This document shows positions 24,670 to 38,339 of a stretch of 64,000 nt of DNA, piece by piece; within the stretch, counting starts at the first letter, position 1; each line of letters begins with the position of its first letter. The DNA is taken from assembly GCA_951406725.2 (NCBI GenBank), contig OX597825.1, positions 40,672,001 through 40,736,000 of the forward strand, written 5' to 3'. The stretch comes from Octopus vulgaris (Eukaryota). A model generated the notes under the pieces. It saw only the letters and a program-made list of their open reading frames with translations, was not told the origin of the DNA and searched no databases. Position numbers and translations under genes: made by a program.

Positions 24670-25250
24670 CCAAATTAATAAATAAAACATAAGCATATAT
24701 AAATACATATATGTACGTATCTACATCTACATGTATATATACATGCATATATGGGCACAGGACACCAAAAAAACGTCTAACACAATGAGAAACGAAAACA
24801 AGGAGTGGAAATGTTTCTTAAACAACGAAAAAATAGAGTACAGGACAAATAACACAAGGAAAATTCCCCTTCTTAAGTCACCATGGTTTCATCTACTCTA
24901 CGTTTCGAAGGTGAAGGCGAGACGCATCTTCGACTGAAACATTCCTTCCCTCGAAAAGCAAAGCAACTTAAATAAAATTTGAGATTTATTTGCGGAGGGT
25001 TAAAAATGGCAACAAAAACAGGACAGTAACGACAGTACAAAATATATACAGTAAAAGACAGGACAAGGAGAACAACATTAACACAGACAAGAAGGGCTGT
25101 TAAGCCGAACGAGATAAAATTTTACGAACGCTATTTTTGAGAACGGCGAAGGAGCCACGGAAAATGCCGTCTATATTCGGGTGAAGCAAGGTCAGAAAAG
25201 GCAGTAGTTTTCTCATCGCTGTCCAGCGATGGGACAGGGGAGGAGGAGAG
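24670..25250 (-). mobile_element. Dispersed repeat, probable Penelope-like 3' end/pseudo-LTR
   Basis: Matches 19212-19533. The minus strand has a degenerate ..TCGAAACGTA hammerhead-like end at about 24899-24935. Confidence 0.45.
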
Positions 25251-25262
25251 AAATATATATAT

Positions 25263-25306
<44 letters not shown>

Positions 25307-25309
25307 ATA

Positions 25310-25480
25310 CATAATTTTCATATGGTTTCTTAAACATTCACTAGTACAACACTAAGTACAAAACCAAATATATGGCACCCTAGGTATATCACCAACATGA
25401 ACTTCCAACTTGTTGTCTCTTGAGGTCTCTGGGTGAGACTTGGAGCCAACTTGTACAAATGTAAAGCAAAAGTCAAACGT

Positions 25481-25492
<12 letters not shown>
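25310..25492 (+). mobile_element. Short probable 3' UTR fragment of another TAA-targeting element (family D)
   Basis: Contains the stem-loop GTTGTCTC..GGTCTCtgggtGAGACT..GAGCCAAC and runs directly into (TAA)n. Confidence 0.5.
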
Positions 25493-25543
<51 letters not shown>

Positions 25544-25550
25544 TAATAAT

Positions 25551-26013
25551 AAAAGACGGGCTACAGCAAATATTCTGCTCAATACCACAGATTTGCTTGT
25601 CAGTTGTTTGACCTTAACCAGTTGAGCATGTCCCTTAGTGCCTGGCGATATGTGCATCTCTGATCACGAGCAGAAGTAGTGGGGGAGCATCATAGCCATG
25701 TGTTGAAAGGGATTCTTTGGGGTTTGAATAGTTCACCTCTGGAAACATGGGTGGTTCTTTCAACATCGTTAAACAACCCTTATTCAGGGACCGTTTGAGC
25801 GGGATGGGCTACTCAACCTGAAGAAAATTCTAACTGGGCCCTACCTGCAAGGTCATGTGCTGTTTATCTTGATATGAGATCACCATGTCGCGCACATATG
25901 GTTGTGATGCATGTGCCTGGTGTACCTTTATCAGACGGGTAGTCATGATGGGTATATTGGGCTTCTATATTTTACCCCAGTGTCACTTTGATGACATGAA
26001 CTGCTCTCTCACT
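25551..26013 (+). mobile_element. Non-coding retroposed element embedded in (TAA)n
   Basis: Closely similar to 61017-61499; same 3' end CTCTCTCACTC|AATAAT, different 5' start. Confidence 0.8.
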
Positions 26014-26021
26014 CAATAATG

Positions 26022-26065
<44 letters not shown>

Positions 26066-26132
26066 AACAACAGCAATAATAATAATTATCATTATTATTA
26101 TTATTATTTTTATTATTATTATTATTATTATT

Positions 26133-26207
26133 GAGGTCACTACCTGTAATCGAACTCGGTATCTTGGGGTTAGTAACCCGCGATCTTAACCACTATGACA
26201 TATGCCC
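26133..26207 (-). mobile_element. tRNA-like SINE head directly tailed by (AAT)n
   Basis: Reverse complement: GGGCATATGTCATAGTGGTTAAG..GCGGGttactaaCCCCA..GAGTTCGATT..GACCTC-(AAT)n. A and B boxes present; weak acceptor stem. Confidence 0.6.
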
Positions 26208-26229
26208 GTGGGCAATTATTGAGAGAATT

Positions 26230-26712
26230 CAGGTGCTGTGACATCCAGGATGTTCGCATCACTAGGGCAATGAGGGGAGCTGACTGCTGGACAGATCACC
26301 TGCTGTTGAGATGCAGACAGTCCTTTTCCATCGTCAGCAGACACAGAAACCGGAAAGCTGCTGTTAAAAAGAAACTAGACGTCCAGAAACTCTATGAACC
26401 AAAAACAAAAGAGACCCTCATTGTCAACATTGCGAACCAGCTTGAACATTTGCCTGCAGAAGAAAACCTTGAGAAGGCCTGGGCCAACTTTCGGGATGCA
26501 GTGTATGACTCTGCCAGCCTTACCCTTGGCCATACTAAACAGCAGCAGCAAGAACGGTTTGACACCAAGAAGGAGATCACCACACTCCTCCAGGAGAAGA
26601 AAGAAGCCTTCACAGACTGGATCAACGACAAATACTCCCAAGTCAAGCACGACCACTTCTAAAACATGCAAACTGAGCTGTGACAGATAAAAGACAAGTG
26701 GTGGGACATTCG
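26230..26712 (+). mobile_element. RTE-clade LINE fragment (end of AP endonuclease plus linker)
   Basis: DVRITRAMRGADCWTDHLLLRC..WANFRDAVYDSASLTLG, typical of RTE/BovB-like ORFs. Confidence 0.82.
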
Positions 26713-27572
26713 ATCAGGTGATGGCAATACTCAAATACGTGTGCGCATGCATATATGTATATGTGTATGTATATATGTATGTATATGGGGAGCTATTTGT
26801 GTTTGCCTTTAACCACCACGTGACAACCAAGTTTGGTTTGTTTATGTCGCTGTAACTTTGCAGTACAGCAAAAAATGACCGACTACCATGCTTAAATACT
26901 GGAAGAAATATATTCTGCTGCATCCTTCCAGGTTAAACGTTAAAATTACACCTTTTAGAGAGTAGAACGCTATAGATCCTCTAGATTATCATCGATCAGC
27001 TGAGAATCCTAGGCCCTCTTCGACCCTCGTAGAATTATGTTGACCATTTTATCGTACCTTTTCCTATACATAGACTGATTATCGAGAGTTTGCTGAAACT
27101 GTATTAACCCATGTTTCTGAGGCGTTAGATGAGTAAGATCGGTTTTTCCCTAGTAATCACAACATGTAACTGGGAATTGCATGCCGCTTTGCAAGCCAAT
27201 ACTTTCCTAGTCAATGTTAAAATGCAGCTACTTCTTTCAATAGTATATTATTTTTTATGCCTACTTAAACGTATATGTTCCGCTGGAACAAACAGTACTG
27301 CATTAGATACTATGAGAGAAACTCACATATTCGATTTTGGTGCAAAATATTCACTTGTTTGTATCGCTATCGGGGTGATAAACCACCCTCTATCATTAGC
27401 AACGGGACCTCCAGATAACGTGATTTCGACTCGCCTTGGCTTCGTCAATGATGGGCACTTGATCGCTAGAGATAGCAGCGATTCCTCTCCAAGCCAGAGA
27501 TATATAGGAAAACAATGCCTGAACAGGGGCTGGTGTCACGATTAGCCAGTGAGCTTGTTAATACTGTCTCTG

Positions 27573-27660
<88 letters not shown>

Positions 27661-27975
27661 TTCAGATTATGTTGTTAGGATGTTAAATGTCGGAAAAAAT
27701 GACAACGTAGAGTTAGAGATATACTACTATCTTGCTGATATTTCATTAAATATCAAATACTTAAGTAACTGTAACCAATATGATGTATGCGCTAGTGTTA
27801 TTAATGAATAATTTATAAATATGATTAAGTGTCAAATGTCACTATAACCAATTTTGCTTTAACATGACTTGCCATACCATCATTTATTTAAACACATTGA
27901 ATTCAGAAAACTTAGAATTTACACATACATATATTCATATATATGTTTATATATATATACATACATATATATATC

Positions 27976-28059
<84 letters not shown>

Positions 28060-29169
28060 CGCATATATACATGCATTACCAGACACACACACACATATAT
28101 ACGTTGAGAGAAAGAGATAATAACTGAGAAGAAATTCTATAAACTTCAGTAAGACTGACTTTTGATCTGTCTGGAAGGCATTACTTCATTGAGGTATCCA
28201 CACAGAATAAATGAATAAAAAATAAGTACATCTTATTAAGTATATTTTAATACAGTTGTATGAGTGGACGAAACATTTTCATTTTTAATTAGTTGTATTG
28301 ATATTAGTATAAAGTAACGAGGGTAGCATATAAGTGTAGCAGTTTGTGAAATACATTTTTGAAATATAGCATCACACCTATGAATTATTTGAGGAGACTG
28401 ATTTTAAAGAAACGTTGAATTTATATAATTCATGATATGGTGCTTTCGTTTTTGGAATTGATTTGCAAGAAACTTAATCAGTAAAAACATGTAGCATCTC
28501 GGAAGGCCTATTATACGATGGGAGCATGTCATTGACGAGGTTGTGTATTGCAAGGAAAAAATTTAACGAACCTAGCTGCTTGATTGAATGTCCTAACGCT
28601 TAATCATACAAATTATCGATTAGTTAAATGTTTGACTAGTTTACAAATAATGAAATGATGAAAGAATGCCGTCTTATAAGGGTAAATACTGATTTTTTTC
28701 TGCTGTTTTCACACCTTTACTGCGTTCAAAATCTATTTCTTGTTTGTAAAATATCAATACATTTGGCGCTTCCAAAGTTTATCTATAAAATATCGTAAGA
28801 AAATATGTTTATGATTAACATAATGATATGCACAAGATTCAAAATGTTTTCTAATTTAACACTTTTATGTCATAATTATAAATTATCCAACAGTTTCTGA
28901 GTATGCAGAAGATTTATGCATGCATCAAGATTTGAATATTTTCTCCAATACTCCAAGCTTTTTAAGGTTGGACTTTTTTGTAAGAGAAATCCTATTATTC
29001 TATATCATTTGTTGTTACAATGTGCAACATTCTAGGATTCTTATATCTATGTATATATGTTGCACTACGTTGTTACTCTCTTGTTATTTCGCTGTTAGAA
29101 GGACAGTGAAAACAACTGTAGTTCACAATTTGCAATGACAAATAATGTAAAAATAAGAAAATATTGAAT

Positions 29170-29198
29170 ACTAGCAGAGATACCCGGCGTTGCCCGTG
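29170..29198 (-). mobile_element. Helitron-like 3' terminus (GC hairpin + CTAG|T)
   Basis: Reverse complement: CACGGGCAACGCCGGGTATCTCTG-CTAG-T. Confidence 0.55.
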
Positions 29199-30470
29199 TT
29201 ACATACAATTGAAGAATTAGACTTTTCTGTTATATTTTCTCTAATGAACTGGAATATATATGTTTTGAAATTCATCAAAATTGCAGATGAGGGTTGTTTC
29301 CCTCTTTACACACCCTAAAAAAATTGTAATCGTGCCATATGTATCCCATACTACTGATTTTTATGTGCATATTCCAAAATTCCAGTCTTATTGAACCTGT
29401 TAAAAAGATTTTGCTCCTGAAAAAGGTCATAAGCTTTAAATGTGAGAGTTAAGGCCCCTTTTGGGGGTGGGCATCTTAATGTCAACTAGAGAAGTTGAAT
29501 TCTGAAGAATCTTTTTAACTTGGGTCTTATATCTATTGTTTGAATTTCTTTGAAATAGGAAATATATGTTCACTGGGTTTGTAAAAGAGAGCAAAGCTAC
29601 CGGAAACCAAAAGACGAATGATCACAATAAGCAGTCAGCTACTCTACCCTAGTCGTTACCACTCCCAATGTAGGATTCCTCACCATCCAGGTGACAGGCA
29701 CAGCCATAAGATGCATTACGAAGCTATAGCAAATTGGAAGGGCGTGACGCAACTGAAATAAACATTAACAACTGTGTGACGTGAGGGTTAAAGAGAAATG
29801 AAAGTGTCACGTCTGGGGTTTGCTACTACTATACTGATACGTAACTAGACAGAATAAATTTACAATCTATAAATGTATTTGAATAACCAGTCACTCATCT
29901 GGGAAGGCCTTGAAATCAATGTTACCAACTGGGGATTGTGTGACCCAGTGATAATAAAAAGACTGAAAGGTCTGCAATCAAATAACTTTACTCAACACTT
30001 TGCAACTGAATCAGTGGAGGCAAAGATGCCTCACATTTACTTTACAAATTATGCACCACATTACAGAAATCACAATGTAAGTGTATTTCAAAGCAAACTG
30101 TTTCACAGTTGTACCATTGAATTACAAATAATGCTCATTTTTTTATGCACGGGTAAACTTACAGCTTCCAAGAGCACAACTGTATTCGTTTTGCTTAGAT
30201 AAAATGACAGAATTGTGGGTATTACGTCCCCATGGAGAGGTTTTGTAACTTGTAAGAAAATGAAATTATATAAATATTACTTCATTTGTGTCTAATATCT
30301 ATGGTTAAAATTGCATCAACAGCAAAAATATATGAATTGTCATGGGGTTATGGCCCTTATGCATAGAATATAATTTCCAATTTCATTAAGATCCATTCAG
30401 TACTTTTACCTAGTTTTGGATCATAAAAGAAATGACTAAAATTTGGGAGTTAAGAGCCCTCATAAGTGCG

Positions 30471-30670
<200 letters not shown>

Positions 30671-30689
30671 ATATATATATACACACACA

Positions 30690-31315
30690 CACATGCAAAG
30701 ATAAATTGATAGATATAACTGAGTGGGCAAACAAAATTATGAGACACAGCCTAATGATTTTTTTATGTTGATAAGCCCGGTACATATTCTATTAGTTTGT
30801 TCTTGTGAAACCAGTAAGTTATGGGGATGTAAAGAAATGAACAGCAGTTGTGAAGTAGTGGTGAGGGCGAAGCACGGAGACAAAGACACACACATACACT
30901 TACATATATACATACGTATACGATTGATTTGTTTCAGTTCCTGTCTACGAAATATATATATATATATATATATATAAGTATGTACACACACACACACAAA
31001 GATAAATTGATAGATACAACTGAGTGGGCAAAAAAATATGAGACACTGCCTAGTGCTTTTTTATTTTGATAATCCTGGTACTTATCCTATCAGTTTCTTC
31101 TTGTGAAACCATAATTTTTGGGGATGTAAATAAATGAACACAAGCTGTGAATGAGTGATAACGGAGAAACAGTTTCTGTCTACAAAATCGACTGACAATG
31201 CTTTGGTTGGTCTGAGGCTATAGCAGAAGACATGCCAAGTTACCACACAGTGAGACTGAATTGAGGACCATGTGTTTTGGAATCAAGTTTGTTACCACAC
31301 AGTCACACCTGCACC
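30690..31315 (-). mobile_element. Old ~300-bp tandem duplication including SINE family A fragments
   Basis: aaagataaattgatagata..actgagtgggca..cttgtgaaacca occurs at about 30697 and 30998; SINE head at 31200-31315 (minus). Confidence 0.7.
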
Positions 31316-31452
31316 TATGTATGTGTGTCTGTGTGTGTGTGTATGTGCGTATGGGTGTATATATGTATGCATGTATATATATATGTGTACATATTACATG
31401 TGCATCTATATATATATATACATCTACACATACATGTATACATATACATCTG

Positions 31453-31748
31453 TACCCGCAGAAGAGGAAGCAGGTCAACCCCCGACACCGAGAGCATCGA
31501 CGGATGGATGAATGCGCATCCAGGCTCAGCGGTTGCGTAGAAAGTCGTGGATAAGAAACAGGAAGAAAGAGTGAGAGAAAGTTGGAGCGAAAGAGTACAA
31601 CATGGGTCACCACCACCCCTGCCGGAGCATCGTTGAGCTTTAAGTGTTTTCGCTCAATAAACACGTACAACGCTTGGTCTGGGAATCGAAATCGCGATCT
31701 TCCGACCGCGAGTCCGCTGCCCTAACCTTTGGGCCATTGCGCCTCCAC
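31453..31748 (-). mobile_element. tRNA-derived SINE with GGAGGCGCAATGG head and a different tail from 23405-23876
   Basis: Shared head and body to CTCTCACTCTTTCTTCCT, then unrelated 3' sequence. Confidence 0.75.
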
Positions 31749-33602
31749 GCTGTTGCTGTTGCTACAGTGTTGATTACTGTTGCCTCCATTGTTCATGTCA
31801 TTAATACTGCTTTTACTGTTGTAGCTACTTACAGCCATTGCTGGTGGTGTGACTGCAGTGGTGGGAGTGAATATTTCTCCATGTTTGCGCTGTGAGAATG
31901 CCTTGAGGTGATTTGCCACCACTCAAGTGACGCCGCAGCCCTGTGCCCTCAGCGGGCATCTATAGTTTTGTGCCGTCTGGCAGAATGAGTAGCGTCGGGA
32001 TGGATTTCATGCTTTCGCGAACCATTTGGAATAACAGCTTCGCCTGATCAATTTTGTCCCTGCAGCCTCTGGACAGAAAAATAGTTTTATCCTCTTTCAG
32101 TCAAAAGCTGTTCCTAACGAGCAGACGTTTACTCTTAGGGCAACGTCAACAATGATCTTTTTACTACCTCATATACAAGATAGTTGTTTGGTATGCGAAT
32201 ATGTTCAGCACTTCTTAGGGTAGATGTGGATAGCTTTTTGACCTTTTTTTCATCTCTGCTATGTCGTTCTTTCCCTTCTGCTCACATATGTTTCGTACCC
32301 CAAATTTTTCTGAGACAGTTTTCTATTTGCTATCAATGTGCCTGCTTCTTTACCCTTCATTTTGTTGCCAAAGTACCGTATACAACATTTTTGAGGTTGA
32401 TTTCTTGGTGGATGGATTCCACTATGTTTCAAACAATATTTCGTGCCGACCTCGTAAGTATTTTGTCGCACTTATCAATTCTTCCAACGATGAAAGGATT
32501 TCTTTTTCTTTATAACGGGCGGCCTTGGGGAGCCTGCGGACATTATATTTTTATACTCGTCGTGTTTTTATTTTATGTGTTGGCGTTAAGGTGCTATTGG
32601 CAACAAAGTTGGAACGTGCAGGCATGTTGAAAGGACAGTATTATTCGTTCTTACGGTATTCGTATTCATTTTTCTCGTTGATCTCTTGAATTTTACCCTC
32701 AAATATCGATACCATATTTCTTTGTTTTTGGCGGTTTTTTTTTTGTATTTCATAAAAATGGATATATATGTCACAGAATAATGTACTCAAAAATAAATCT
32801 TCGAGCGAATAAAGATATCTAATCCGTAATCGCTACAACAACAGTATATAGTGCTTCGCTTGTACACACACACACACACACACATACACACACATACACA
32901 TACACACACATAGAAAGGGAGGGAGAGAGAGAGAGTAATAGGTATTACTGTAAGAGCCCAGTTTGGTTTAACACTAAAACTCCGGTTTGAAGTTCATCTC
33001 AGAAAGATATTGTTGAACCGGCTTAAGGCTAGAAGTCGTTCGATCTTGAGTGGGTAGATATATATTAGAAACAGAGAATGAACAAACTAAACACATGGTA
33101 TCTCTTTAGAGCATTTAATTTATAATTTAAACATAATATGGAGTACATAGATAAAATCTCTTACAGCAATTTCAGAACTGCTAAACATGTTGATCTTACA
33201 TTATTGCGTAAACATTTCAACGTGAGCTTAGTATTACAACATCAGAGAGAGAGAGAGAGATAAAGAGAGAGAGTAAGTGAGAAAGATAGAGATTGAGACA
33301 AATAAGGAATATCCTTAATTCGGGTTATTATTAGTGACCGGTTCATTGACGGTCTAATGAGTGTTCAAAGTAAAAGACGAGATTGATTGGTAGATCTATG
33401 ATCAAAGGATTAAGGAGATTTGTAATAACAGATAGTGCTAACTGAGCAGATCCATTGTTGAGGTATCCATGATAAAAGATCCACTATGTCTCAATTATAG
33501 ATTAAATGATCTGAAATGATACCATATGTCTTGCTTCTTCCATCTCTGTTTTAATGTGTGTGCGTATGTGTGTGTGCGTACGAGTGTGTGTGTGTGTGTG
33601 TA

Positions 33603-33660
<58 letters not shown>

Positions 33661-34073
33661 GCAGGAGAGAGAGAGTTGCGTGTATCTGTATATGTGTGTA
33701 TGTGGATGTGTGTGTGTATAACAACCAACTGGCGACCACAATACCCCAAGCGAAACCGAATATATTTAGCCAAGTATCTTATTTAAAACGAGACACCATA
33801 GGAGATGCATTCTGCACTGGTGGATGCAACACAGATCGCTGTACACAATCCCATCCGCAAGAGACAAATGCAGGGTGGGTTGCAATGATCGTTGTGTTGA
33901 ATAAGATTCTTCCTGCCACCATTTTCCGTTTCGCTCATTCCTTATGCATATATATATTTGTATTATGTATGTATGTATGTTTGTATGTATGTATTATGCA
34001 TGTGTGTATGTATGCATGCATGCATGTATGTATGTATGTATTTATGTATTTATATATATAAATATATACATAT

Positions 34074-34138
<65 letters not shown>

Positions 34139-35339
34139 CTATAAACATATTTCTATACCAATATAATTCCATTTCGGTTGTGGAGGATGTGTTTTTTTTT
34201 CGTGCTCCTAAAATAACCAAGTGGGATTCTCTAAATCAACCGAAAATCCTACCAAAACTGATTTGAAGAAAATGTAGTACTTGTTATTTCTTAACGGTCT
34301 ACTATAATATATTCATAAAAGAAGCTTAATATATTATATTAAAGTCAGCGATGCAAGCTAGAGCTATAGTAGAAGAAACCACGTGGTGAAAAATTGTACT
34401 CTCAATAAGTGGCCATGTGTAAAAGAAAAAGATCTTTCTTTGAAAGAAAACTGCTTCGTACAAGAACAACGATTGTAACTTTTACCTATTGGGAATAAGC
34501 ATCCTATTCATTTTGTTTATTTTGTTTCCTCTTTTTTTTTTCTTTATGATATTACCAAAGGAAAATTTGAGTTCGGGAGGTACTGCCTGTTTCCAATCCT
34601 GTGTTTGAAAAATTTTCAGGCAGCAAATTCGTCACGAAACCTCTTCTTTTTTCTCACCATCCTTTTCCATGTATCTTCTCGCTAACTCACCCTTTTCGTT
34701 TCACACCCTGTGTTTTTGTCATTCTCTCATATTTTCGTTACCTACTCTTCCTTTCTCTCCTTCATATCTTCCTCCTTTTTCCGCCTCTCCCTACCACACT
34801 CTTTCATATCTTTCTCTTTCCTCTTTCTCTTTCCCGCTCATCTTTCTCTCTTTCTTTCTTCTCGCTATCGTATTTCGTATGTCTCACTCACAGCGGCCTT
34901 TCTCGTTCCATAACATCTGTTTTCTCTTTCCTTCATATCTTCTTTACCTGTTCTTCCTCTCTTTCATTTCTCTTTTCTCTGCTCCTTCCCCTATCTCACC
35001 CTCCCTTTTATATCTTCCTCTATTTTCCGGCTCTCTCTCCCTCATATATTTCTAGTTTTCTCTTCTCTCCCCTTCATACTGTCGTTCCCTTTCTCGTATA
35101 TATTCTTTATTTTTTAATCCCTCCCTCAGTCTGTCTTTCTCCTTCTCTTTCCCTTCCTCTCCCACCCTCAATCCCCCTATCGCTCCATACGCCCTTTCTC
35201 TTTCCTTCATATAATCCTCCCTTTCCCTTTCCCTATCACTTCATACCTTTTTGCTCTTTCTTTTATATCTTCCTCTCTACCTCCTTCTATTCCTCTCTCT
35301 ACTTCTCTATCCTCTCATCCCCTCTGGGCTTAAAGAACT

Positions 35340-38336
35340 AACATGGTGCCAAAGTGGGAGAGCTAAGAAATGAAGCTACTGTTGCAAGCGTGGACAATTA
35401 ATTGCTTGCGGCTATCCTCCAAAGAACATAATTACTGCTGCACTGAAGAACAATGGTTTACGTAGAAACATTGAGCAGATAGAACGGAAGAAAAATGAAT
35501 TTATCCGATCCTATGCCCTTATTACACGACACATTAACATCATGAAAAATAACAGTGGCAAGGCTAATAAGTATAGGTAAGATGAAGCCAGAACCAGAGG
35601 TCCCTCTATGCCAGTTGTCCCACAAAGTAATGGAGCCCTCACGCCTATAAACAACCGGAGGAATGCAAAGGCTATCACTAGTAAAGGAATGAAAGACCAC
35701 GGACTCGAAGATAAGGAAAGAAGAGGACAAAAAGGAATAGGAAAAGATGAAACAACTAAAACGTAAACAAAACCTCAAACCACCAAACAAAGAAATAAAA
35801 GAATATCTCAAATCTGGAGTCTCCAATGGAATCCAAAACTCTAGAGGAGAGAAAAAATTTGAGTGAAGGCGATGGCATGCAAATTTTACCTGCAAGGCAA
35901 ATGTTGGTATGGGAAAGACCGTACAAACTACCGGTTTGATCACCCGAGACCCCGCCAAAGCTGCAGGGGCCTTAAGGGGAAATACTTCCCTGGGGGAAAG
36001 CACCAATCGTCTCCAAAGAGAAAGTATGCAAATACAGTGAGCTCTACAGTTGTTATGTGCAGAGCAGCAGCTTAGCAAGAGTCATTTTTGTGCATGGTGC
36101 AAAAGATTGTGCAGCTACTTACCTGACTACACCTTGCACAAACACGGAATCTTGCCCACCACTGCGCAAGGCCACCACAATCAACAGACACAGGATGGCT
36201 TCCCTGACGCATGCACAGTCGTCACGCCAATGTTTTTACAAAATATTGGAGACCTGATGCATCACAACAACAAAAGCAAGATCTTCTACCTGAGAGAACT
36301 TGCTGCATGACTGGAAACTCATCTGAAGCATGATATAAAGGATAGAGAAATTCACGTACCAAAATATACTTAATTGCGAACAGACAGAAGGAAAAGGAGC
36401 CATGCTGGAGTTGCTGTATACAACCTTGCACCCCAGTTCCTTCTGTCATACTCAAATTCAGTATGTGACACTCTTGCTGTATACTTAAGACAACATAATA
36501 TAGTCATATGCAATACATATCGCCCACCGGATGTTCCAAACCAATAGGCAAGTTTGGAGATTGCCTCACAAGAATAAAAAAGTAATCCTCATGAAGTTGG
36601 AACATCACGAGATCGGGTTTCCTAAGGGTGATTTCAACTTCTCCAATGTCAAATGGCCCGAAGGCCTTATGCTCTCAGAAAGGACTCATTACAGACAAGT
36701 AGAGATAGAGTCCCTGCTCAACATCACCAATGCACTATTTTTTGCTCAGACCAACATATTGGATCTCTGATTCAAAAACAATATGGACTTCGTTCATAAG
36801 GTGAACGTGACGCCTACGTTAGGTCAGGATCACAACATAATAGAGCTGTCTATGTATGGACCAAAAGTAACTAGAGACATACAACCTAAAGAAAGCACCC
36901 AAAATCTCTCCTATCTGAACTTCCACAAAGCAGGCTGAAATCGATCCAAAAAGAGATCCTCAGTCACAACTGGTTGAAATGCCTCTCCACACCAGACATT
37001 GGAAAGAAACTAGAATTTTTCATGACTGTTATGGAAACCATTTGCCAGAAAAATGTCCCAGAGCACAACGCCAACACAAAAAGGAACAAGATTCCAAGAG
37101 AAAGAATGATCCTCATGAGACGACGGACGAAGGTTGCAAATCACTTCAACCAACATCTCAAAAGTAGTGAAAGGTCCCGCCTAAAAAACACTGATGGATA
37201 TTGAAAAAAGCATGCAATAATCATATACGAAGGAGAGAGCAGACAAAGATGCCTGGGTTATAAAAACATCAAGTCGCACACAATTATGCCAAAGAACCAG
37301 CCTCAGTGCGCTGAAAAAAGGACCCCTCTTCCAAAACGATGTTTCCCTCACAGATATCCCAACCAGGATCAGTGAAGTACTGAATGACCAGTTCAAAAGT
37401 GTCTTTACCACTTCGTTGCAACACAGACAAGTGAACGAGTCAGTGGATTTCTTTACCGCCTCACCCATAACAAGCGAGGCAGTTACGATGGATTACATCG
37501 ACATTGGTGAAAAAGATATAACACTAGCCATAGATGAGGCAAACTCAAATGCTGGCCCTGATGGTTTCCCAGCAACCCTCCTTAAACCGTGTATGCGTGC
37601 ACTGGCGAAACCCCTACATATTATCTTCAGAGATTTCTTGCAAATGACAGGGTGCCAAGCAAACTGAAAGAGGGAATAATATGCCCAATTCATAAAGGAG
37701 GAAGCAGAGCAGATTGCCAAACAGTATAGCCCTATATCTCTGACTTCACACATCAGCAAAGTCATGTATGTTTGTGAGCGAAAGTTATCGTCGTCTATGC
37801 GTCTTCCATGTGTTTATGTGTGTTGCGCATTCCTTGAAGAATACGACTTGCTGAGTGATACCCAGCATGATCTTCGATTAGGTAAGGAGCTGCATGACCC
37901 ATCTCCTACAACACTATGACTGGGTGTTGAGGCAGTTGTTCAACAACTCAAATGTGGATGTAATATATATCTTGACTATGCAAAAGCTTTTGATAAAGCG
38001 GATCATGGTAAGATATGCCACAAACTGCGTGGTCTCGGCATGACTGGAAAACTTCGAGGGTGGTTAAATGACTTTCTGAAATATAGAAGTTAGGAAGTGG
38101 TGGCCAATGGGGCTACCTCAAACAAAACATATTGTGAGAAGTGTTCTACAGGGTTTGGGACCACTGCTTTTCATAGTGACGCTCTCAGATATGACCTCAG
38201 CTGCCCGGGTAGAAACCCTTCCCAGCTACGCAGACGATACGAAAGTCGTGCAGAAAATACAAAACCCTAGTAATGTTGCACACCTGCAGCAGAAGTTGGA
38301 CTCAATTTACAGATGGGCTGAAGACAATAATATGTA
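35340..38336 (+). mobile_element. Degenerate CR1/L2-group LINE with ORF1 (CCCH-like finger), AP endonuclease and RT; 3'-truncated
   Basis: CKFYLQGKCWYGK..FDHP; ETHL, YRPPD, GDFNF, NILDL, DHNII; GPDGFPA, PISLTSHISKV, LDYAKAFD, GLGPLLF, YADD. Many stops. Confidence 0.88.
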
Positions 38337-38339
38337 GTT

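Noticed and set aside
29873-30202. Possible Helitron Rep fragment (NNFTQHFATESVEAK)
   Set aside because: Similarity is faint and the orientation conflicts with the nearby minus-strand terminus; not supportable without a search.
31453-31500. HDV-like ribozyme in a SINE tail (minus strand ACCTGC-ttcctcttct-GCGGGT)
   Set aside because: Only a simple hairpin; I could not build the nested P1/P2/P4 pseudoknot.
32090-32750. Possible further Penelope remnants (also 41260-42760 and 58700-59370)
   Set aside because: Only scattered weak motifs; too degenerate to call by eye.
34601-35341. 246-aa F/L/S/P-rich membrane-like ORF
   Set aside because: A consequence of polypyrimidine composition lacking stop codons.
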